DNA of 63,977 nucleotides, the filler included. It is 6 parts of 6 records of this genome, joined end to end, with 100 filler letters (N's around TTAATTAATTAA, not from the genome) between each part and the next. Parts side by side here need not be neighbours in the genome. Positions count along the whole stretch, not along the records: positions 1 to 15,924 come from SRR31156797_8555; positions 16,025 to 21,106 come from SRR31156797_8562; 4 more parts are not named here. One strand, written 5' to 3'. The notes below the pieces were generated by a model. It saw only the letters and a list, made by a program, of their open reading frames with translations. It was not told where the DNA came from and did no database searches. The translations under genes were made by a program, and so were the position numbers. This document shows, one piece after another, positions 10,016 through 18,322 of the stretch (the first letter of the stretch is position 1; each line of letters opens with the position of its first letter).

Positions 10016-11449
10016 ATGGAAAAAGCAACCGATATTCTTAAACCCACCGTTCTCATCGTTGACGACCGGCACAGGAGTTTCCGCCTTTTGCTCCGATTGA
10101 TATCGGAAGACCTGTTTTCGCCCCTTTGGGCGCCCGATGAACAGCAGGGGATGAAGTTGCTGGAAGCGCACGCCCACCGCGTGCGAATCATCGTCATCGA
10201 CCTTAAATCCTCCGGAATGGGGGGCGGCGGGTTCCTGCATCAAGCCAGAAAAACGGCGCCTCACGCCTCCATTCTCATCACCGCGCCCCTGGGGCCTTTC
10301 CTGTATCAGAACGGTGAATTCTACGATTTTCACGGTTCCAGTCTAAAGAAGGACATCAATGCCATCCTGCTGAGCATTATTGAAAAGATGGCGCCATCCC
10401 GCGGCCCCCATGAAAACACCCATCCGGAACGGGAATGGAAAGAACGTTTCGGCCTCATCATCGGCGCAAGCCGAAGCATCAATGAAATCTACGGCCTGAT
10501 TGAAAAATTAAAGACCTCCAATGCCACGGTCCTGATCCAGGGAGAAAGCGGCACGGGAAAAGAGTTGGTCGCACAAACCATCCATAAAACCGGCCTCAGA
10601 AAAGACCGTCCATTTGTGGCCCTGAACTGCGGCGCCATTCCCGCCAATCTGGTGGAAAGCGAGCTGTTCGGACATGAGAGGGGGGCCTTCACCACGGCAA
10701 TCCATCAAAGAAAGGGTAAATTCGAGATTGCCCGCGGCGGTACACTGTTTTTGGATGAAATCGGCGAACTGGATCATCAAGTGCAGGTTAAGCTTCTTCG
10801 GGTTCTTCAGGAAAGAGAATTCCAACGGGTTGGTGGGAACAGGTCGTTTAAAACCGATGTCCGGGTGATTGCGGCCACCAATCGAAATTTAAAAAACGCC
10901 GTTCAAAGGGGGCATTTTCGCGATGACCTTTTCTATCGTCTCAACGTGGTGCCCATATATATCCCCCCCTTGCGCGAAAGACGCGGAGACATCCCCCTGT
11001 TGTTGGATCATTTCTTCCACAAGGCAGCGGACCGGGAGGGTCGAGGGGCGCCTTTTCTCACCGAAGAGGCCGCAAGCCTTTTGATCAATTACCCCTATCC
11101 GGGAAATGTAAGAGAACTGGCCAATATCATCGAACGGTTGGCGGTGATCTGTTCCCATGAAAAGATCACAACCCGGGACCTGCCGTTGGAGGTCCGTGAG
11201 GCAGGGGACGTTGCTCCGGTTTTCAGCGAAATGATAGGGTGTTTGCCTGATGGGGGTGTTTCATTAAAAGAAATGGAGAGAGCGCTTATCCTGAAAACCC
11301 TTGAAATGACATCGGGGAACAAAGCGGCGACAGCCAGAAGCTTGGGCATTACGCGACGATTGCTCTATCTCAGGCTTTGTGAATACGGCCTTTCAGTCGA
11401 CCGTAAAGCGTCACCTGAGGTGACATTTGAAACAGCGGCTGTCCCCTGA
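10016..11449 (+). CDS. sigma54-dependent transcriptional activator with atypical receiver-like N-terminus
   Basis: GESGTGKE, GAFTTA, FLDEIGE, YPGNVRELAN, GNKAATARSLGI HTH. Confidence 0.92.
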   Translation: MEKATDILKPTVLIVDDRHRSFRLLLRLISEDLFSPLWAPDEQQGMKLLEAHAHRVRIIVIDLKSSGMGGGGFLHQARKTAPHASILITAPLGPFLYQNGEFYDFHGSSLKKDINAILLSIIEKMAPSRGPHENTHPEREWKERFGLIIGASRSINEIYGLIEKLKTSNATVLIQGESGTGKELVAQTIHKTGLRKDRPFVALNCGAIPANLVESELFGHERGAFTTAIHQRKGKFEIARGGTLFLDEIGELDHQVQVKLLRVLQEREFQRVGGNRSFKTDVRVIAATNRNLKNAVQRGHFRDDLFYRLNVVPIYIPPLRERRGDIPLLLDHFFHKAADREGRGAPFLTEEAASLLINYPYPGNVRELANIIERLAVICSHEKITTRDLPLEVREAGDVAPVFSEMIGCLPDGGVSLKEMERALILKTLEMTSGNKAATARSLGITRRLLYLRLCEYGLSVDRKASPEVTFETAAVP

Positions 11450-11456
11450 GGTTACA
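11409..11456. promoter_or_regulatory. Candidate upstream activator sequence: two 17-bp imperfect palindromes
   Basis: CGTCACCTGAGGTGACA (11409-11425) and TGTCCCCTGAGGTTACA (11440-11456), 31 bp apart, about 90-140 bp upstream of the sigma54 promoter. Confidence 0.6.
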
Positions 11457-11546
11457 GGGTGGATTGCCGCCCTGTAAGCAGCGGGTTTTACGACATATAA
11501 TCCATATAAATAACAACATGTTACAAAACATATAAAGGGGACCGTT

Positions 11547-11562
11547 TGGCACGCTAATTGCT
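11547..11562 (+). promoter_or_regulatory. sigma54 (-24/-12) promoter of mtaB-ramA
   Basis: TGGCAC-GCTAA-TTGCT. Confidence 0.88.
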
Positions 11563-11719
11563 TTTAAAAAAGGTGCATTAATTGAACAATAACCATTTTT
11601 TTCAGAACGGGGTTTCGGGAGGGGGTGCGGAAAAGGCTGAAAAGAGTTTTAACCAGTTTGTAAATGGAGACAAGCACGATTGTCGACCTTTTTCAATGCT
11701 TAGAATAAAGGGGATAAAA

Positions 11720-13096
11720 ATGGCACGAAAAAAGATTACAAAGATGGCTTACGGCAATGGCACTGAAATGATGTTTGGTACCGCAAAACATCCGGTAACC
11801 ACCAAGAGAGGAATCGAAATCGGCGGGGGGTTCGTGCATCCGGAGGTGGTTCCCCATCCCAGACCGGGAAGTGAAAAGACCATGAAAACCCTGTTAAGGG
11901 AATACGAAAAAGCCAACGGAGATGCCTTGGAAAGGATGGTCATCGTGGGGCATCCCACTTTGCAAATTGAAAATGAGCATGTCTTTCAGATGACTCACAA
12001 CCCCAAATGGGGCGGGGAAATCGCAGCCCAGACCGCCAGGCAGATGGATGACTATCTTGAAAGATACGGGCTCAAAGCCTCTTATCGGTCCACCCCCGCG
12101 GATCTGCGCAAACCGGACATGGTCAATATGCGGGACAGCGACTATACAAGGGAAATCATAGAGAGCTTCGAAGAATGCTCCAAGTACGCGGACGTGGTAT
12201 CCATCGAATCCATGGGCGGCAAAGAGATCTTCGACCATGCCATCATTCGAAACGATATCGGCGGCATCCTCTTCGGCATCGGGGTCTTAGGCGCCATCGA
12301 CATGGAATGGATGTGGGACCAGATCGTTGCCATCTGCAAAAAGAACGACTGCATTCCCGGCGGGGACACCAACTGCTCCGAAGCCAACACGGCCATGTTC
12401 ATGGCGGGCGGCATGACATCCAAGGACGTGCCCCACGTGATCGCCGCGCTGGCCAGGGCCATCGCCGCCTCCAGAACCCTGGTGGCCTATGAGTGCGGCG
12501 CCACCGGTCCCACCAAGGACTGCGCCTACGAGGATCCCATCATCAAGGCCATGTCCGGCGTGCCCATCTCCACCGAGGGAAAGACGAGCGCCTGCGCCCA
12601 TTCCGACCTTGCCGGCAATCTCATCATGGCGGTCTGCGACCTGTGGAGCAACGAGGCGGTCGAATATCACGACATGTTCGGCGCCACCACCACATCGGTT
12701 TTCGCGGAGATCCTGGGCTACGACGTGGCCATGCTCAACACATCCATTAAACTGGGCCACCAGGAACAGATGAAGGAGATCCTGGTCACCTCCGACAAAT
12801 ATCGGGATTCCCACAGCCTGATTGTGGCACCGGACAATGCCTGGGAAATCGGCAACGCCATCGTCAGCAACCGTGCCACAAGCAATTATGCCAGCGCCAG
12901 GGCCGGCGCCATGAAAGCGGGCGAAATCATTCTGGCGGATGCTCAGATGAAATTGACCGCTCTGGAAAAAAGCGCTCTTGAAAAGGCCATGAATGACATG
13001 GAAGCCCTCCCCGATGCTGAAGGGGACTTCATTGACCAGTGCCTGGCCAAGTATAAAGATGTCAAGGGGTTCAACCCCGGGTCTTACGGACTGTAG
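11720..13096 (+). CDS. mtaB: Methanol:corrinoid methyltransferase MtaB
   Basis: KMAY..MMFGTAKHPV, IESMGGKE, GGDTNC, GPTKDCAYE (Zn-ligand motifs), EGKTSACAHSD, DLWSNE, C-terminal FNPGSYGL. Confidence 0.93.
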   Translation: MARKKITKMAYGNGTEMMFGTAKHPVTTKRGIEIGGGFVHPEVVPHPRPGSEKTMKTLLREYEKANGDALERMVIVGHPTLQIENEHVFQMTHNPKWGGEIAAQTARQMDDYLERYGLKASYRSTPADLRKPDMVNMRDSDYTREIIESFEECSKYADVVSIESMGGKEIFDHAIIRNDIGGILFGIGVLGAIDMEWMWDQIVAICKKNDCIPGGDTNCSEANTAMFMAGGMTSKDVPHVIAALARAIAASRTLVAYECGATGPTKDCAYEDPIIKAMSGVPISTEGKTSACAHSDLAGNLIMAVCDLWSNEAVEYHDMFGATTTSVFAEILGYDVAMLNTSIKLGHQEQMKEILVTSDKYRDSHSLIVAPDNAWEIGNAIVSNRATSNYASARAGAMKAGEIILADAQMKLTALEKSALEKAMNDMEALPDAEGDFIDQCLAKYKDVKGFNPGSYGL

Positions 13097-13142
13097 CCGT
13101 TGTTATGGATGCAGGACATTGGATCGTAAGATTTGATTTGGG

Positions 13143-13196
13143 GGGGCAGAGCATGATACATTGAATTTCATATGGGCTCTGCCCCTTTCCTTTTTT
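13143..13196 (+). terminator. Hairpin with pyrimidine tract between mtaB and ramA (partial terminator or stabiliser)
   Basis: GGGGCAGAGC (13143-52) / GCTCTGCCCC (13176-85) followed by TTTCCTTTTTT. Confidence 0.55.
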
Positions 13197-13290
13197 CCAC
13201 AGGGAAAATCTTTGGATGATACGGAGAAGCATATCTGTCTCAAGTGCAAAGGCAGGTTTTTAAAAAAAACAGGGAGGCGCAGCAAAACAA

Positions 13291-14988
13291 ATGGCAAAAC
13301 TGGGCATTGCTTTGGACCTGGGCACAAGCGGTTTTCGAGGACACGCCATCGATCTCCACCAAGGGGGGATCATTTTATCCACCGCTGTCACCACCCGTCA
13401 CCCTCTTCCCGGGGCCAATGTGATCGACCATCTTCATTTTGCCCTGGAAGTGGGCATTGAAAAAGCCCACGCGGTTATGGTGCAATCGGCCAATCAGGTG
13501 ATCAACCACCTGAAGATTGAAAAAAAAGATGTGGTGCGACTGGCCATTTGCGGCAACCCCATCCAACTTTCCCTGTTTCAGGGAATCGAGTTCAGGGATT
13601 TGGCCTATGCCGGGAAACGTAAACTGGAATCCCTGGGGGTCGTCCCGCCCAAAAGGGACGCCCTGATCCTGAAGGCAAAGGAAATACCCGGGCTTGATTT
13701 GCCGGATGACGCCGGTGTTCTGATCCCCCCGGCCGTTCGACATGAAATCGGCGCCGATGCACTGGCCATGATGATTCAAACCGGCATGCTGGAAAAAGAT
13801 GAAACAGCCATCGTCACGGACTACGGTACCAATGCCGAAATGGCGCTTATTTACAAGGGGACCGTCTACACCGGTTCCACCGCGGCGGGTCCCGCCCTTG
13901 AAGGTCAACAGATCGAAGACGGTCTTCTGGCCCTTCCCGGCGCCATTTCGGACGTCGATTTCGAACCGGATGAAAGCGTTGACGCGGCGGTCGGCTTCAG
14001 GCGGATCTCCCGTGGGAGCCGACCCCTCCACGGAAGATTGAAAACGCATATCCTCAATGAAGAGATGACCCCCTTATCCGGGGATACGGTGGATCCCGCA
14101 ACGGGGTCCGTCCTGGAAAAGGGTGAATTGAGGGCTGCGGGGATTACGGGTACCGGAGTGGTTGCCCTCCTCAGCCAGGGAAAAAAGGCCAACCTCATCA
14201 GCATTCCGAAAATAAACACGACGGATACGGAAATCCATCTTCCCGACGGGATCAAGTTTACCGAAAAAGACCTCTCAGAGGCCGGAAAAGCCATCGGATC
14301 CGTCAGGGCCGGACACATCACCCTCTGCCGGGAAGCCGGAATAGGGGTGGAGGACATTGAGACCGCCTATATGTCGGGGGCGTCCGGCACCTATGTGGAC
14401 GCTCTGAAAGCCCAGGAAATCGGCATGACCCCCGCCAAGGTCAAAAAAATCTATCAGGTGGGCAATACCTCCCTGGCCATGGCGGCCGATATGGTCAGAG
14501 ACGAAAACAAGCTCCGGCACATGAAACAGGTAGCCGATGAATTGCGACAGCATCACTGTATGTTTGCCGAGTCCAAGGTGTTCGAGAAAGTCTATATTCT
14601 GGAACTGTCCCACTGGACCGAAGGGATGCCCTTGAAACAATACCAGAAATTCTTAAAGAAATATGGACTTCCCGCTTTGAAAGAAGTCACGTCCATTCCC
14701 CAGGTCATCAAAACCGTTGAGAGGGACATCCCAGACCTGGGCGTCATGGGGCTTACCATTATTCCCGACATTGGGAAGCGAAAGACCGTTTTTTTCGATG
14801 GTTGCCTGGGCGATGACGCCTGCGCTCGGGAATGCCCGGAAAATGCCCTTGAAATGCTGAAACAGGATGACGTTTTTGGAATCCGCATCAATCTGGCCCT
14901 GTGCGACGGCGTTGCCTGCAAGCGATGCGAAAGGGTTTGCAATGAAAAAGTATTCTCCCTCCTTGAACTGCTGGTCGCGGAAGATTGA
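13291..14988 (+). CDS. ramA: RamA/RamM-type ATP-dependent corrinoid reductive activase
   Basis: GIALDLGTSGFR, RHPLPGANVIDHLHFA, HEIGADALAM, TDYGTNAEMAL, GSTAAGPALEGQ, SGASGTYVDA; C-terminal ferredoxin-like Cys motifs; no N-terminal 2Fe-2S domain. Confidence 0.88.
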   Translation: MAKLGIALDLGTSGFRGHAIDLHQGGIILSTAVTTRHPLPGANVIDHLHFALEVGIEKAHAVMVQSANQVINHLKIEKKDVVRLAICGNPIQLSLFQGIEFRDLAYAGKRKLESLGVVPPKRDALILKAKEIPGLDLPDDAGVLIPPAVRHEIGADALAMMIQTGMLEKDETAIVTDYGTNAEMALIYKGTVYTGSTAAGPALEGQQIEDGLLALPGAISDVDFEPDESVDAAVGFRRISRGSRPLHGRLKTHILNEEMTPLSGDTVDPATGSVLEKGELRAAGITGTGVVALLSQGKKANLISIPKINTTDTEIHLPDGIKFTEKDLSEAGKAIGSVRAGHITLCREAGIGVEDIETAYMSGASGTYVDALKAQEIGMTPAKVKKIYQVGNTSLAMAADMVRDENKLRHMKQVADELRQHHCMFAESKVFEKVYILELSHWTEGMPLKQYQKFLKKYGLPALKEVTSIPQVIKTVERDIPDLGVMGLTIIPDIGKRKTVFFDGCLGDDACARECPENALEMLKQDDVFGIRINLALCDGVACKRCERVCNEKVFSLLELLVAED

Positions 14989-14994
14989 GGGTAA

Positions 14995-15615
14995 ATGAGG
15001 GCTGAAGAAAAAGGAAAAACGGCAGTCATGGACCGAAGGGAAGCAGATGCGGCGATACTCCAGGCCATAGAAAAGAGCAGCGGCATTATGGAGGCTGCCC
15101 CTTTTTTTCCGGAAGACCGCAAAAAGATTCTGGATATTGAGCTGGACGCCGAGGAAAGATCCCTGATGGGACTGGGAAAGGTGATCAATACCGGCGTGAG
15201 GGAAGTCCTTGATTGCGATTTGATCTACGTGGCGCTCAACAACATGGAATTTGACTGGGGACCTCATGCCACCTTGTTGATGAAAAAGGGCCGGGAAGTG
15301 GTGGGGGAGGAAGTCCGGGATAAGGACCGGATTGCCCAATTGTCCCGTCAAAAGAATGTCTGGTTCATGCACAAGAGTTTTGTCGTATACAGGGATAGGG
15401 TCCGGTTTCCGGAGGATATCATGAAAAAGGTCTGCTATTTTGAAATTCCCTCGCTTCCCGCACAATGGTGCAATGTCGAAGATGATCAACTGCAATGCGG
15501 GCCCATAATTCACGCCAATCCTTCCACGCCTTCCGATGTTTTCTTGAAGGATCATTATTTCAAAGGGATGGATCAACACGGGTCCGGAACGATTCTCATC
15601 GGCGTACGGAAATAA
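14995..15615 (+). CDS. Hypothetical protein co-transcribed with ramA
   Basis: 206-aa ORF starting 6 nt after the ramA stop; globular composition. Confidence 0.75.
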   Translation: MRAEEKGKTAVMDRREADAAILQAIEKSSGIMEAAPFFPEDRKKILDIELDAEERSLMGLGKVINTGVREVLDCDLIYVALNNMEFDWGPHATLLMKKGREVVGEEVRDKDRIAQLSRQKNVWFMHKSFVVYRDRVRFPEDIMKKVCYFEIPSLPAQWCNVEDDQLQCGPIIHANPSTPSDVFLKDHYFKGMDQHGSGTILIGVRK

Positions 15616-15924
15616 CCGGGCGAGAAGAAGGGGCGCAGTGATGATCTTTTCAAAGGAAATATTCAAAACCCCGACCTGTCGAACCGCATGCGCCGGCAAA
15701 GATGACGGGGGAAATAGAAAAAAATTCGAAAACTCAAGCGTTTTTTGACAAACCCGAAAAAAAATGGTGAAAAAATATTTGACAGGGAGAGAGCACCGCC
15801 CTCGCGCCAGGACCCGTATTTCACCGGCAACCATCAAGAGGCTTCGATGAACGTCATCTTGGCACCCACGGTGGCAGTAATCCATTGGTCCCGAAATCTC
15901 TCCATCAGGATGCGCTGGGCATAA

Positions 15925-16024
15925 NNNNNNNNNNNNNNNNNNNNNNNNNNNNNNNNNNNNNNNNNNNNTTAATTAATTAANNNNNNNNNNNNNNNNNNNN
16001 NNNNNNNNNNNNNNNNNNNNNNNN
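15925..16024. other. Artificial contig spacer
   Basis: N44-TTAATTAATTAA-N44. Confidence 0.99.
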
Positions 16025-16482
16025 GCAGGAACGAGTGCGTAATTCTCCTGCAACTGGTTCCCGGCAGCATCCCGGAATCTCAGTTTCATTCGTCCTATTT
16101 GCGGAGCCCCCCAGCCAGTACCCGCTTTTGCCCAGCTGCGGAGGATATACACAACACCAGGGGTGGCTGGAACATCCTGGAAATACTGTCCATACGAGGT
16201 GTCGTCCCCCCAGGCGCCGACACCAATGTATTTGACCCCGCCATGTGCCGGAGTAGATACGGGAGGATCCGTTGCCCAGGGATTCTGCAACTCGCCGGTT
16301 TTCTGCCAGAGAGCCCAGCCGCTTGAATGTTCTTCGATCCAGCCCGACGGGTCGCCAACGCTTGAATCCCATGGATCAGAACCTGCGCCGTCTTCGAAAC
16401 CAGGGTTGCTCAACAACTCCTGACCTGATGCAGCCACGATCAATACAAGAACAAAACAACACAGGGAACCGACGAACCGCAT
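16025..16482 (-). CDS. Secreted protein with CBM4/9-like beta-sandwich (truncated by contig end)
   Basis: Signal peptide followed by ELLSNPGFEDG..GW and QDVPATPGVVYILRSW. Confidence 0.7.
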
Positions 16483-16520
16483 GAAAAACCTCTTTCAGAC
16501 AATAATGGCTTTCACCAGTC

Positions 16521-18131
16521 TCATTCTACTCCGTAGTTCTCCTGAAACGCTGCGAAGTCCTGAAGATCGACATCCTGATCACCATCGATGTCAGCGTTGG
16601 AACAGGCTGATACGGGCTCTACTCCTGTTCCAGTGAAACAATCGACAAACACGCTGTAATCTTCGAGAGAGACATCACCGTTTCGATCAAAATCCCCCGG
16701 ATAGTATTCAACACTGAATACGATGGTCAAGACTCCATCCGCGGGAATGGACACATCAACGGTGTTGCTGTTATTCACTTGGAGTGATGGCACGTAGGAT
16801 TTGCCGGTATCAGGAATCAGGTTGGCCGGATCACCAGCCTGATCCAGTTCATACCCCTCAATGCTTTCAATCGTCAGGTTCTTCACGCCGGAAACCTGTA
16901 ATGTTGCAGACTGAGGCGCCATCCAGTCATTCGACATCCCGACAATCAGCTGATCATCATCGAGAAATGCTGCAGAAAAAATCTTCCCCGCCTGGCTTGC
17001 CGCAGGCAATACCCGGGCTCCTACAGGAATCTTCGGACACAGCGTCTCAAGTGCACCGAATACCGGCTTGGGATCGCCATTCAGGTCAATCAGCCCCCAG
17101 GCTTTATCCTTGTCGTAGACCTCGGTTGGTTCATCGATCCCCTGCCACAGAAAAATCGCATTGGCTCCGGACGCAAAATGGGACAATGTGTTTTCATACA
17201 CCCTCGCGGCAAACGCAATGGTGTTCGTCGTGTTATAGCCACCGTTCTCATCGGGTCGGGGGTGGTAAACTCCATGGAATGTATCTTCCTTCGTTGCATA
17301 CTCGGTGATCCAGACCGGACGCGTCAGCTCCGGGTCTTTGGCAAGAATGGCACCGAGATAATCCGGCCATGTCGTTGATAGACAGGACCACCCCCCTGTC
17401 CAGTCATCTCCACAGATGTCGCCGTCATCCCACGCATGAGTGGACCAGGCTGCGATGGCATTCACACCATTTGCATCCAACGCACCAATGTAGTTGGATG
17501 CATGATGATCCCAGTTGAGATGCGAAACACCGGGGCCGACAATCCCGACATCGGCAAAACCGCTGTTGTCGAGTTGCGTGCGCGTGTATTGTGCCAGGAG
17601 ATTATAATTGCTTTCGGAAATCCCGGTACTCCACTGCCCTCCACTGTCAGGCTCATTCATCAGCTCAATGTAATGCGGACGCAATCCATACGAGTTGAGC
17701 TGCGACACGTGATTCGCCCACCAGAGCGCGAAATCACCGACCTTGTTGTCTCGCAGCATTCCTCCATAGACATAAGAATAGGGTGCAGACCAGACCATGT
17801 AGAGCCACTGAATCCCCCGTGCATCGGTCAATGCCCGCGTGGATTGCATCTGCGACCAGCTCGCACTTTCCCGGAAGTTTTCGATACGAACATACTGGAT
17901 GTTCAGACCATCGAACAACAATTCCAACGCATCGGGGTTGGAATAGTATCCCCAGATCTGTGCACCAAACCCATGAAACTCCTGACGTGTATCTCCGATA
18001 TGATAGAGAATATCCATCTCCCAGTTACGATCCTCAACGGGCTCTGCCGAGGCAATCGGAAGCAGGAATGATTCAGCACCCGCAGCGGGAAGAAGCATAA
18101 ATAAACAACTGATCAGCACATTAGGTCTCAT
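16521..18131 (-). CDS. Secreted clan-A glycoside hydrolase (GH30-like) with C-terminal dockerin-like domain
   Basis: Signal peptide; QEFHGFGAQ; acid/base MNEPD; nucleophile VWITEY; paired Ca loops GDFDRNGDVSLED and ADIDGDQDVDLQD. Confidence 0.75.
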   Translation of the reverse strand: MRPNVLISCLFMLLPAAGAESFLLPIASAEPVEDRNWEMDILYHIGDTRQEFHGFGAQIWGYYSNPDALELLFDGLNIQYVRIENFRESASWSQMQSTRALTDARGIQWLYMVWSAPYSYVYGGMLRDNKVGDFALWWANHVSQLNSYGLRPHYIELMNEPDSGGQWSTGISESNYNLLAQYTRTQLDNSGFADVGIVGPGVSHLNWDHHASNYIGALDANGVNAIAAWSTHAWDDGDICGDDWTGGWSCLSTTWPDYLGAILAKDPELTRPVWITEYATKEDTFHGVYHPRPDENGGYNTTNTIAFAARVYENTLSHFASGANAIFLWQGIDEPTEVYDKDKAWGLIDLNGDPKPVFGALETLCPKIPVGARVLPAASQAGKIFSAAFLDDDQLIVGMSNDWMAPQSATLQVSGVKNLTIESIEGYELDQAGDPANLIPDTGKSYVPSLQVNNSNTVDVSIPADGVLTIVFSVEYYPGDFDRNGDVSLEDYSVFVDCFTGTGVEPVSACSNADIDGDQDVDLQDFAAFQENYGVE

Positions 18132-18206
18132 AACACCCTCTGGAAAAGATACAGGTTTTTCGGTTCTCGCTGGAATTATAGCATAACGGCAACACGCCCT
18201 GTCCAG

Positions 18207-18222
18207 AATGTAACGTTACATT
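18207..18222. promoter_or_regulatory. Perfect 16-bp palindrome, LacI-type operator candidate upstream of the GH gene
   Basis: AATGTAACGTTACATT with central CG; TATAAT on the minus strand at 18175-18180. Confidence 0.6.
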
Positions 18223-18226
18223 GAGT

Positions 18227-18280
18227 AAAAATACCGCAGCGGCAGGCAGGGCATGATGCCCCACCCACCGCCTGGGTATT
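18227..18280 (-). terminator. Intrinsic terminator after the large dockerin protein gene
   Basis: Long GC stem with G-U pairs on the minus strand, followed by TTTTT. Confidence 0.6.
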
Positions 18281-18322
18281 CGTCAAAGTCAGAGTCCTGA
18301 AACTGGAAATTTCTCCAGTTTC

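Noticed and set aside
12170-12800. High-GC3 stretch within mtaB with several alternative-frame ORFs
   Set aside because: Explained by codon bias of a highly expressed gene; the protein is continuous
8002-13096. TAG stops of mtaA, mtaC and mtaB as possible pyrrolysine readthrough
   Set aside because: Each falls at the expected C-terminus; methanol methyltransferases do not use Pyl; no pyl genes are present
14653-15885. 410-aa minus-strand ORF
   Set aside because: Antisense to ramA and the next gene; no motifs
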